Shown piece by piece: positions 45,344 to 53,169 of a stretch of 64,000 nucleotides of DNA (the first letter of the stretch is position 1; each line of letters opens with the position of its first letter). The translations under genes and the position numbers were made by a program. The DNA lies in IMG/VR virus record IMGVR_UViG_3300038424_000251, positions 186,001-250,000 of that record. One strand, 5' to 3'. The notes beneath the pieces are model-generated. The model saw nothing but the letters and a program-made list of their open reading frames with translations. It did no database searches and was not told where the DNA came from.

Positions 45344-46051
45344 TTAGGATTGGAGTCTGTTACTACCTACCGATACAATGGATGATTTACGAGTCCACCT
45401 TTCGATAAGCTTGAAATAAGCTTCCTGCTCAGTTTTACCGTGACCAAACGGATTTTCTGCTGACGGGCAAATTTCGGATGGTTGAGGACACCAAACCATG
45501 ATGCCGGTTGCATCGTTTATGGCAAGCAATGGATGATTACAAATAGGACACGTTTCTTTCAAGGTGCGGGCATCTTCGACAATCTTTTTGACTTCTACCA
45601 CAGGGTCAATTTTGACTTTCACTGACGGAGTGATACCGGTTGGTTCAACCTTCAAAACTTCCACTACCAAAGGAATTTCAACGGTTGGCGTTGTGTCAGG
45701 TTTCGCTTCCACCTTGGCAGTTTCGGTTGACTCGGATAGTAATTTTGGTGATTCAGCTGCGGGAACAATTACGGGTTCAGTTGGAACAGTTGGCGGAATA
45801 ACGGCTGGTGTTGGTGTTACAGGTGCTGGTGAAGGGGTGACGATAGGAACAGGTTGACCGTCTGCCAATTTCCACAATTTTGACGGTTTTCCTTTTCCGG
45901 CAGATGGCCGGTTTCCGGCAGTCACGATTACGCCACTTTTGATGGCTTCTTGATACCGTATCCAGACTTGCTGGTTGGTTTGATTATTGAACTTCGCTAA
46001 TTCCGTGTGGGTGAAAACTCCACTTGGAAATTTTAATGGTGTTTTATTCAT
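45344..46051 (-). CDS. putative winged-helix DNA-binding protein with Pro/Thr/Val-rich linker and C-terminal Cys motif
   Basis: N-terminal FTHTELAKFN...SGVIV...GKGKPSKLWKL; CPICNHP...WCPQ..ICP. Confidence 0.55.
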   Translation of the reverse strand: MNKTPLKFPSGVFTHTELAKFNNQTNQQVWIRYQEAIKSGVIVTAGNRPSAGKGKPSKLWKLADGQPVPIVTPSPAPVTPTPAVIPPTVPTEPVIVPAAESPKLLSESTETAKVEAKPDTTPTVEIPLVVEVLKVEPTGITPSVKVKIDPVVEVKKIVEDARTLKETCPICNHPLLAINDATGIMVWCPQPSEICPSAENPFGHGKTEQEAYFKLIERWTRKSSIVSVGSNRLQS

Positions 46052-46241
46052 AAAGCTAGTTTATCAGCATTCTATAAAAAGTCAAGCGTTAATTGAATTT
46101 CTCAAATATCGTTAAAGTTTTCAATATTGATATTCTCCAAAGAAGTTTTTACAGGGCTTGACTTCTTATAGAAATGATGTAAAATGTTTTCACAATCGAA
46201 ACAAACATAAAACAAAAACAAATCAAAAACCATAAGTAAAT

Positions 46242-46760
46242 ATGAGTAAAAACGCAAAGAACGCTCGCAAGGGCAAGAGTCAAAAGGGTGAATGGGGCCA
46301 TATTGGAGCACCCCCGAAGAAAACCAACTGGCCCAAACGGCCATTCACGATGGCTACTTTGTTCAGTCGCAATGAGCATCAGTGCGAATTGTCACTCCGA
46401 AACAAGGTGGATGCCGGCGTGAAGGATGGAACAATTCTGGAGCTCCAGTCGAAGAAACAAGCTCACGGTGCGGTTGGCCGCCCGAAGTCTGTTTTCGTAT
46501 TGAAGGAAAACTACGACAAAAGCACCATGACTTTGGCAACCGCCAAGGTGAAGAAAACCAAGGTGGCTCCCGTTTCTACCCCTGTCGCAGCCGCTCCGGC
46601 GTCTGTAGCAGTTGCACCGGCCGCACCCACAACGGCAGCACCCGCCGAAGCTGCTTCTACCACTGCTCCCCCGCCTGCTCAGTCAGCACCCGCAGTGAGT
46701 GAACCAGTTTCCTCTCCGGCAGCTGAAACCGCTCCGGCGATTCAGCCGGCTGTTGGTTAA
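46242..46760 (+). CDS. putative winged-helix DNA-binding protein with Ala/Pro-rich tail, divergent relative of 45344..46051
   Basis: PFTMATLFSRN...DGTILE...GAVGRPKSVFVL. Confidence 0.55.
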   Translation: MSKNAKNARKGKSQKGEWGHIGAPPKKTNWPKRPFTMATLFSRNEHQCELSLRNKVDAGVKDGTILELQSKKQAHGAVGRPKSVFVLKENYDKSTMTLATAKVKKTKVAPVSTPVAAAPASVAVAPAAPTTAAPAEAASTTAPPPAQSAPAVSEPVSSPAAETAPAIQPAVG

Positions 46761-46780
46761 GCTGTTGAAATACAATACAA

Positions 46781-46822
46781 AACGGGGCTCGTGTAGTCAA
46801 TGATACGAGCCCTGTTTCCTTT
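46781..46822 (+). terminator. intrinsic terminator
   Basis: aacggggctcgt...acgagccctgtt followed by tcctttt. Confidence 0.65.
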
Positions 46823-46863
46823 TCAGGGCTTGACATTTTTCAAATGTTTGGTAGAATATTACC

Positions 46864-47595
46864 ATGATGAATTTGTTAGGAATACTTGTAATCGTTTTCA
46901 GTGTACTATTATTTTCATTAATAGTGATGTATTTCCTTTTCTTCCTGCCTGCTTATTTAAAAGCCATAACGGGTGTAAAGCTGACATTATGGCAGAAATT
47001 TTGTTATAGGGGTTATTATTGGTGTCGTCTGGTCTTCGTCATCATTAAAACGATTTTGTCCTAACGCTTGACATTTCTTAAATGTTTGATAAAATACCCA
47101 CATGAAACGGAAAAAGAAAAAGAGTAATGTTATCACAGCTTACCAATACAAGGGCTACACCATTTATATCTGTGATCATAGTGAAGGTTACTATGCTTCC
47201 ATTGCAGATGCAGATGGAGAGTATGTTGACTGTTCTCCGTATCGAAATGACATTCCAAGTGTCAAGGAATGTGCAGAAAACACTATTGACCAACTATGAA
47301 ATTTAATTTAATTGCGTTTCCGAGTGATAGATTCACTTATGATAAGCATACTTTTACCTTCACAAGTGAAGCATCAGATATGGATGACCGCCATCTTCAG
47401 CGCATTTATAACGATGCTTGTGATGTTGGATTTGCGGTTAAATTGTTTACAGATGAAATCGTTACCTTCGTATTATCAAAAGTTGTGAAGGATAAAGGGG
47501 GTGATATTACATCATGGGAATATGTTCTTACTGAGGAAAGTATTCGCCAATATCCCGTATATTCTTCTTTCAAGGCAACGGTATTTAATGATTGA
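46864..47595 (+). other. three small hypothetical ORFs (46864..47064 membrane, 47102..47299, 47296..47595)
   Basis: ORF track; leaderless promoters at 46830 and 47068. Confidence 0.6.
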
Positions 47596-47632
47596 CGCTT
47601 GACTTTCCGTAATTGTTTGGTATAATTCGGTT

Positions 47633-49081
47633 ATGAATTTTGACACAACCGGTTTATTACAGCCGCAATTTAAACATGCTGAATTTCTTGTCAATTCTCT
47701 TGAGCAAAACGGTATTGCATGGGATGGTTCCGCAACTGGCACAGGTAAAACTTATGCAGCTTGTGCTATCCTTCGTCATCTTAAATGTAAGTTCGTAGTT
47801 ATCTGTCCTAAACTTGGTATTCCTACATGGAAGTTAGTGCTTGAATCCTTTGGTCTAAAACCTGAATTCATCATTAATTATGAGAAATTAGCCCGTGGTA
47901 ACACTTCATTTTACAAAAGAATTTCTCAAAAGAAGTATAAGAAACTCTACAACATTGGCAAGGATATTGAAGTCCCTGAATTTCTTCGGGCAATGTTCAA
48001 GATTCCAAAAGACTGGCTAATTGTATTGGATGAGAGTCATAAGATGAAGGGCGTTGACTCTTTGAATGCTGGAATTCTTTTTAATATTAAGATGCAAGGA
48101 TATAAATGTCACTTAATGTCAGCGACACAAGCAACGTCTCCGCTGGACATGAGAGCATTCGGTTTTGCAATGAACCTTCACAATGGTCAAATGAAGGAAT
48201 TTAAGAAGTTTGCTGAATCTGCTGGTGCGCAGTGGATTGGTAAATGGGGACGACAATATTTTGATTCGGAAAATACAGAATCAATGGCAAAAATTCAAGC
48301 TGTTCGTGAACATCTTTATAATTTCAGAAAAGTAGGGTCGCGTCTCACTCGAAGGGACATGAAGGATATTTTTCCGCCTACACAAGTTGTGGCTGAAGCT
48401 TATGACATGGGCACCGCATCCGATAAGATTCAGGAAGTTTATGATGAAATGGAATCAGAATTAGATTTACTGGAGAAACGGTGTGAATCTTACAAAGACC
48501 ATGTTCTTGCTGCCATCATAAAGGCAAGACGAAAAGCTGAAATGTTAAAAGTTCCTACTATCGTTGAAATGGTGGCAGACTATAATACAGAAGGCCGTTC
48601 AGCAGTTATTTTTGTTAATTTTACTGATACCATTGAAGCAATCGTTTTACGCCTTGGGAAAGAATTTAATCCTGCTTTGGTCGGAAAAATTTACGGTGAA
48701 CAATCGATGAAGCAACGGCTTCAAGACATAGACGAGTTTCAAGCTGACAAAAAACATTTCATGGTGGCAAATCTTGCTGCTGGTGGCCAATGTATTAATT
48801 TGCATGATATTTTGGGCAATCGCCCGCGTTCATCGGTCATCAATCCATCATGGTCAGCAATTGCTGTTCTCCAGTCAGCCGGACGAATTGATAGAGCTTA
48901 TGCTCTTTCGGATGTTTATCAAAGATTCTTATACGCAGCGAGAACGATTGAAGAAAATGTTTGCAGACGGTTTAATGATAGAAACCGTTTTGTTACTGCT
49001 CTGAATGACGGCACCTTATCGGATGCTGATTTAATCCCTACGGAAAGATTATTCAGATTTGCCAAAGGAATGAATATCTGA
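47633..49081 (+). CDS. superfamily 2 (SNF2/SWI2-like) helicase/translocase
   Basis: SATGTGKT, INYEKL, LDESH, SAT, VIFVNF, RLQDIDEFQ, AGGQCINL, QSAGRIDR. Confidence 0.85.
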   Translation: MNFDTTGLLQPQFKHAEFLVNSLEQNGIAWDGSATGTGKTYAACAILRHLKCKFVVICPKLGIPTWKLVLESFGLKPEFIINYEKLARGNTSFYKRISQKKYKKLYNIGKDIEVPEFLRAMFKIPKDWLIVLDESHKMKGVDSLNAGILFNIKMQGYKCHLMSATQATSPLDMRAFGFAMNLHNGQMKEFKKFAESAGAQWIGKWGRQYFDSENTESMAKIQAVREHLYNFRKVGSRLTRRDMKDIFPPTQVVAEAYDMGTASDKIQEVYDEMESELDLLEKRCESYKDHVLAAIIKARRKAEMLKVPTIVEMVADYNTEGRSAVIFVNFTDTIEAIVLRLGKEFNPALVGKIYGEQSMKQRLQDIDEFQADKKHFMVANLAAGGQCINLHDILGNRPRSSVINPSWSAIAVLQSAGRIDRAYALSDVYQRFLYAARTIEENVCRRFNDRNRFVTALNDGTLSDADLIPTERLFRFAKGMNI

Positions 49082-49499
49082 TAAGGTATTTATTTCGCAT
49101 GGGTGCCAAATATTATTTTAAGAAATGTTTGATATGTGGTCGACCAGTGAATGGAGCAGACCAACCTTATATCTGTAATCGTTGCACTGCGGAAGGATGG
49201 ATAAAATCACCTGACCCTGACCCCGAAAAAAAGTTTGGTCTTTGGAAATCATTATGGTATCTTATAACATATAAACCATATATGAAAGTTTCGAGAGGCT
49301 TGACGAAAAAGTAATTCATGGTAGTATTTATTTGTGAACATTCCACAAATGAAAGTGAAGTGTAAGAATGGACATGAATGGTTTATTATGTTACCGCCTT
49401 GGTGGGCAGATTTACATTCAATTCACATGAATTGCCAAAAGTGCGGTGAAAGGCCTGACAGTTTTATGGTAGGGCCTTATCATGTCATTCCCGATGAAC

Positions 49500-49576
49500 G
49501 CAGGAGTAGCTCAACTGGATAGAGCATCTGCCTTCTAAGCAGATGGTTCCGGGTTCAAGTCCCGGCTCCTGTACCA
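49500..49576 (+). tRNA. tRNA-Arg(TCT)
   Basis: Cloverleaf: gcaggag/ctcctgt, anticodon stem tctgc-cttctaa-gcaga, T-arm ccggg-ttcaagt-cccgg, encoded CCA. Confidence 0.95.
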
Positions 49577-49582
49577 AAATTT

Positions 49583-49798
49583 ATGATTTTACAAACAGCT
49601 AATGATTTGTTGCTCTGTGAAATGGAAAAAAGTCATGGATTGAGACAATCCCTAGACGAAGCACATCAAATAATTGATGAACAAGATGAATCAATCTGGA
49701 AGTTGCAACAAACAATTTTTGCTTTACAATATCCCGAATTATGGGCAAGAATTAAAGCAAACGCAGTATCTCCTTTAAGGGAACTGATAACAATATAA
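49583..49798 (+). CDS. hypothetical coiled-coil protein
   Basis: ORF track. Confidence 0.55.
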   Translation: MILQTANDLLLCEMEKSHGLRQSLDEAHQIIDEQDESIWKLQQTIFALQYPELWARIKANAVSPLRELITI

Positions 49799-50022
49799 GA
49801 TTTTATGAAGAATGTGCCTGAACATGAAAAGATATTTGTAGTATTTCCGTCATTTGGTTACTGGGAAATTGACGGTAAGCCAGTTTCTTCGAGAGAAGCT
49901 TTCGCTAATTATTCAAAGGCTGTTTGGAAGCCATCGGAGATTGCTCTTCATCCTGAACGGTATTATTAAATAATAACTTCATCGCTTGACAAAATATAAA
50001 AACTGTGTAAAATCATAACATT

Positions 50023-50409
50023 ATGAAAAAAGCATTCACGTTGATTGAGTTAATGATTGTTGTTGCAATCCTTGGTCTTTTGGCTGCTATTGTTGTTGGT
50101 GGTAGCGGCGGTTGTAGTGTCAGTGATGGAACAAGAACAGGCACCATTTCAAAATTCAGTAACAAAGGCATCTTTGTCAAATCGCATGAGGGTGAATTGA
50201 TTTTGGGCGGTGTTATTCAAGGTAAGTCAGCATCGGCTAACGTTTGGGAATTCAGTTGCTTAAATCAGTCATTGGTCCCTGCTCTTGAGTCTGCGGTGGA
50301 TAATGGTAACATGGTTTCTTTGAAATATCATCAAACACTTTTGTATAATCCATTCCGAAGAAACACAAGTTATTTGATTACCAGTGTCACGGTGGTAACA
50401 AACAGGTAA
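50023..50409 (+). CDS. protein with type IV prepilin-type N-terminal cleavage/methylation motif
   Basis: MKKA-FTLIELMIVVAILGLLAAIV; C-terminal SDGTRTGTISKFSNKGIFVKSHEGEL domain. Confidence 0.8.
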   Translation: MKKAFTLIELMIVVAILGLLAAIVVGGSGGCSVSDGTRTGTISKFSNKGIFVKSHEGELILGGVIQGKSASANVWEFSCLNQSLVPALESAVDNGNMVSLKYHQTLLYNPFRRNTSYLITSVTVVTNR

Positions 50410-50492
50410 AATTTTATTCCCTTGTCTGATAGGGTTATTGAAAGACCGGACTTTCACAATTTTTTGCCGATACTAAAGATTGAAGATTAGTT

Positions 50493-50684
50493 ATGCCAGA
50501 TAATTTCATAAGAAACCGCGAAGGTAAAATCATTGGTCGCCAAGATGGCAATTGGCTTCGTGATGGTAGTGGAAAGCTTGTTGCTAGACATGATAAGGGT
50601 GATAATCGAACCAGAACGCGTGAAGGTAAAATTGTAGGTTCTGGTGACCAGAGATTGAGGGAATTAGGAAAATCAGAGGCTTGA
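50493..50684 (+). CDS. small repeat protein (R.REGKIIG / RDGSGKLVA / RTREGKIVG)
   Basis: ORF track; three internal beta-hairpin-like repeats. Confidence 0.65.
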   Translation: MPDNFIRNREGKIIGRQDGNWLRDGSGKLVARHDKGDNRTRTREGKIVGSGDQRLRELGKSEA

Positions 50685-50713
50685 CATTTTTTGGTTCTTT
50701 GATACTATTTATT

Positions 50714-51128
50714 CGTTGTCCAGTGGTAAAAGTCGCCGGTGAGCGATGTTCCCATTGGAATTAGCCAAAGCTGGGAGATGACTAGAACGTGACAGTAAAG
50801 CGTTCTTAGCTTAAATAAAAGCGCCGGGAACAAATACCGAAACACCGGAGACAGTTGAAACCCAATTGTTAGGAAAAGAGAGTAAGAAGATTACTCGTGG
50901 CCGCTAAGCGACCCGAAGGTTGAGACTACAACGTATCGGCGTAATGCTGATGGTAATGTGGAAAGAAATGAATGCTCCGAAAGGGGCCGTCTGGAGTCGG
51001 CTAAGTAAGAAACTTGGTCCATGCCGGTCTAAGTTTCTGAGGATGACCAGATGAAATTGTAGAGGCTGTATTGCCGATTGGCTGAAAGCGGCAACTTTCA
51101 TAACCAATCATCCAGCCCATGAATTTTT
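50714..51128 (+). ncRNA. candidate large structured ncRNA (~410 nt), family not recognised
   Basis: Own promoter (TTGACA 50681 / TACTAT 50703); no sense ORF; at least 10 helices; two pseudoknot-type pairings near 3' end; ends in U-tract. Confidence 0.65.
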
Positions 51129-51215
51129 TGTTGGCATATAGGTTCCTGAATAAGGACATTTAGGTTGGCTCAAACCCTTAAAGATTCCTACCTGCTACCG
51201 TGAACCACCAACAAA
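51127..51215 (+). ncRNA. candidate ~90-nt structured RNA
   Basis: Closing stem tttgttgg/ccaacaaa plus ggttc/gaacc; internal hairpins. Confidence 0.35.
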
Positions 51216-51249
51216 GCTTGATAATCTATTAAGTTGTGATAAGATAATT

Positions 51250-51329
51250 TTTTGTTGGTGAAAACAGTAAGCTGCTGCGAGGGTAATGCAAGACGATATT
51301 GTTTCCTCTAAAACTCTCCATCAATAAAA
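51250..51329 (+). ncRNA. candidate ~80-nt structured RNA
   Basis: Preceded by TTGATA-N16-TAAGAT; closing stem ttttgttggtg/catcaataaaa with GU pairs. Confidence 0.3.
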
Positions 51330-51351
51330 GACGTTCTTTGAATAATTTTGT

Positions 51352-51592
51352 GTTCCGTGACTGAGTAACTGCTACCGTTAGCAGTAAAGTAACATGAAGG
51401 TGAAGAATCTTTATGGATACGAAAGTAGCCGGAGTAAGTAAGGTAAAGGATGACTAAGTAGGCCAACTGAAAAATCCTTTGTAATCACGCTAATAAGCCA
51501 TAACGGCGTGGTTTAGGAATCGACGGGTTCCAACTGACTGAATAACTGAAAGGTAAGAATAGTCGAAGGTAACAAGCGAATCCTTCCGGAAC
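51352..51592 (+). ncRNA. candidate ~240-nt structured ncRNA immediately 5' of tRNA-Met
   Basis: Closing stem gttccg/cggaac; helices actgcta/tagcagt, aaaggat/atccttt, atcacgct/ggcgtggt, gaagg/ccttc; no ORF. Confidence 0.5.
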
Positions 51593-51602
51593 GCATTTGA
51601 AT

Positions 51603-51679
51603 AGCGGGGTGGAGCAGCTCGGTAGCTCGTCACGCTCATAACGTGAAGGTCGCTGGTTCAAATCCAGCCCCCGCAACCA
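51603..51679 (+). tRNA. tRNA-Met(CAT), initiator-like body with atypical anticodon stem
   Basis: agcgggg/ccccgca with 1:72 mismatch, tggagcagctcggtagctcg D-arm as in tRNA-fMet, anticodon stem tcacg-ctcataa-cgtga, CCA encoded. Confidence 0.9.
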
Positions 51680-51684
51680 ATTTT

Positions 51685-51750
51685 GTCGGTGATAGGTAGA
51701 AGCAGCAGTCGGTGTTAGTTATTTGCGCTCCCTATCACCGGCGCCCTTTT
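51685..51750 (+). terminator. 12-bp stem hairpin after tRNA-Met (terminator or small RNA)
   Basis: gtcggtgatagg 51685-96 / cctatcaccggc 51731-42, 34-nt inner region, then ccctttt. Confidence 0.45.
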
Positions 51751-51751
51751 T

Positions 51752-51937
51752 ATGGGATTATTCGGAAAATTATTAAAAACCGGCTTCGATGTGGTAACAG
51801 CGCCCATTGAAGTTGCGAAAGATGCAGTAACTCTTGGTGGGTTGTGCACCGATGAAGAAGAGACTTATACGAGTCAACGATTGAAACGTCTTCAAAAGGA
51901 TAGCGAAGAAATTCGAGAAGAAATTGACGAGCTGTAA
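51752..51937 (+). CDS. small hypothetical protein within tRNA cluster
   Basis: ORF track MGLFGKLLKTGFDVVTAP... Confidence 0.65.
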   Translation: MGLFGKLLKTGFDVVTAPIEVAKDAVTLGGLCTDEEETYTSQRLKRLQKDSEEIREEIDEL

Positions 51938-51987
51938 CTCATTAAAATTTTTGTAGTTTTCATCTTCCGGGGACTACTTATTCATGT

Positions 51988-52060
51988 GCGGACTTGGTGT
52001 TCTGGAGCACGGCAGGCTTCCAGCTTGCAGGGAAAGGTTCGATTCCTTTAGTTCGCTCCA
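51988..52060 (+). tRNA. tRNA-Gly(TCC)
   Basis: gcggact/agttcgc, U73 discriminator, anticodon stem gcagg-cttccag-cttgc, T-arm aaagg-ttcgatt-ccttt, CCA. Confidence 0.9.
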
Positions 52061-52064
52061 CAAT

Positions 52065-52143
52065 GGCCCTATATAGACTAATTGGATAGGTCGCAAGCCC
52101 TTCAAGCTTGAGAACGTGGGTTCAAATCCCCGTGGGGCTACCA
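52065..52143 (+). tRNA. atypical tRNA-Glu(TTC)
   Basis: ggcccta/tggggct, D-stem gact/ggtc, anticodon stem caagc-ccttcaa-gcttg, T-loop ttcaaat, CCA; C33, 4-nt acceptor-D linker, irregular T-stem. Confidence 0.7.
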
Positions 52144-52177
52144 CCCTATACTACGGGTGCCCCACATTAATTTTGTT

Positions 52178-53100
52178 TTAGGCTGGTGGGTTGTAAGATT
52201 CAAGTTGAATTGCTCCTGAACTGGAGATGCGATTGCGTAGGAATTTCTTGAATTGATAACTATACTTACCGTTATCTTCTTCAGTCCGCTCCAATCCAAC
52301 CAGATATTTTTCATTCAATGAAATAACTTGAACAATACGGAACTTGTCCCAATCTCCACGGTGAGGATAACGAAATGATACAATTACAATTGGTTTTTTT
52401 GTTGCATCGGGTTTGGTAGTGATTACTGCTCTTGAAACTGATTGCTTCGTATGGCGTCTGCGGAAGAAAATATAATTAGTATAATGGCGGACTGGTTTTC
52501 CAATGGAGTTATGAGTCTTCGCGATTATTGAAGGATTGATTATGTTTTGATAAATGTCACCTTCACGAATTATTTCATCCGATTTAAGTTTTCGATAGTT
52601 ATCTGGAATTTTCATATTTTTGTTATTTTACCGAAATTTTTACAAAAGTCAAGCCTTTATATGGTAGAGGGTAGTACTACCACCCCTTAGTCTCCCCAAG
52701 TCTTGAGATTAAGAGCCTTCTGTTTTGCTTCCAAATCTTTGTAAAGAATGCGTTTACGATTTTCACCCTTGGCAAAACGGCGCTGGACTTTCTTGATAAT
52801 CTGATTGGCGACTTCGGGAATATTGACGCCTCCAATGAATGGCGCAACGGCAACTAAAATTTCACAACCCGATACGTGAATTAATTCCGAAGGCCCGGTA
52901 AAATCATTATCACGCGTTTTTATAACATTTGGAGTGTCCGCAATAGCATCCATTAACTCACAGACTTTTGGAGATGCTTTTTCCCGAAGAATTCCACTTC
53001 GGTAAACACTGTTGCCGGAAAGAACACGGTCAAAAACCAGTTTAACATAGTGAGCGCTGCCACCACCCTGAATTTCATAACGGTATGTGTAATTCATCAT
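52178..53100 (-). other. two hypothetical ORFs, each with own promoter (52178..52615, 52687..53100)
   Basis: ORF track. Confidence 0.65.
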
Positions 53101-53169
53101 AAATTTATTTTAACAAAATTTTTATAAATGTCAAGCCTTATACGGTGGGGAGTAGTACTCCCCGAGCAC

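Noticed and set aside
51037-51056. Hammerhead core CUGANGA...GAAA
   Set aside because: The intervening tgaccagat cannot form stem II, and no matching stems I/III were found
51484-51527. tmRNA-like GGAATCGACGGG, possibly a permuted tmRNA
   Set aside because: No T-arm, no G3:U70 pair, no CCA end and no tag reading frame identified
50922-51564. Group I intron R-like (gagactacaacg 50922-33) and S-like (aagaatagtc 51555-64) elements
   Set aside because: About 620 nt apart across a promoter and U-tracts, no P/Q elements or interrupted host gene found; treated as chance similarity pending cmscan
52065-52143. Reading the tRNA as a UCA (Sec or opal suppressor) anticodon
   Set aside because: Only the caagc/gcttg register pairs, placing TTC at 34-36; there is no long variable arm as in SelC
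52144-52166. ccctatactacgggtgcccc after tRNA-Glu as another AGT-hairpin copy
   Set aside because: Has the CCCTATA flank but lacks the AGTAC core; too weak to include
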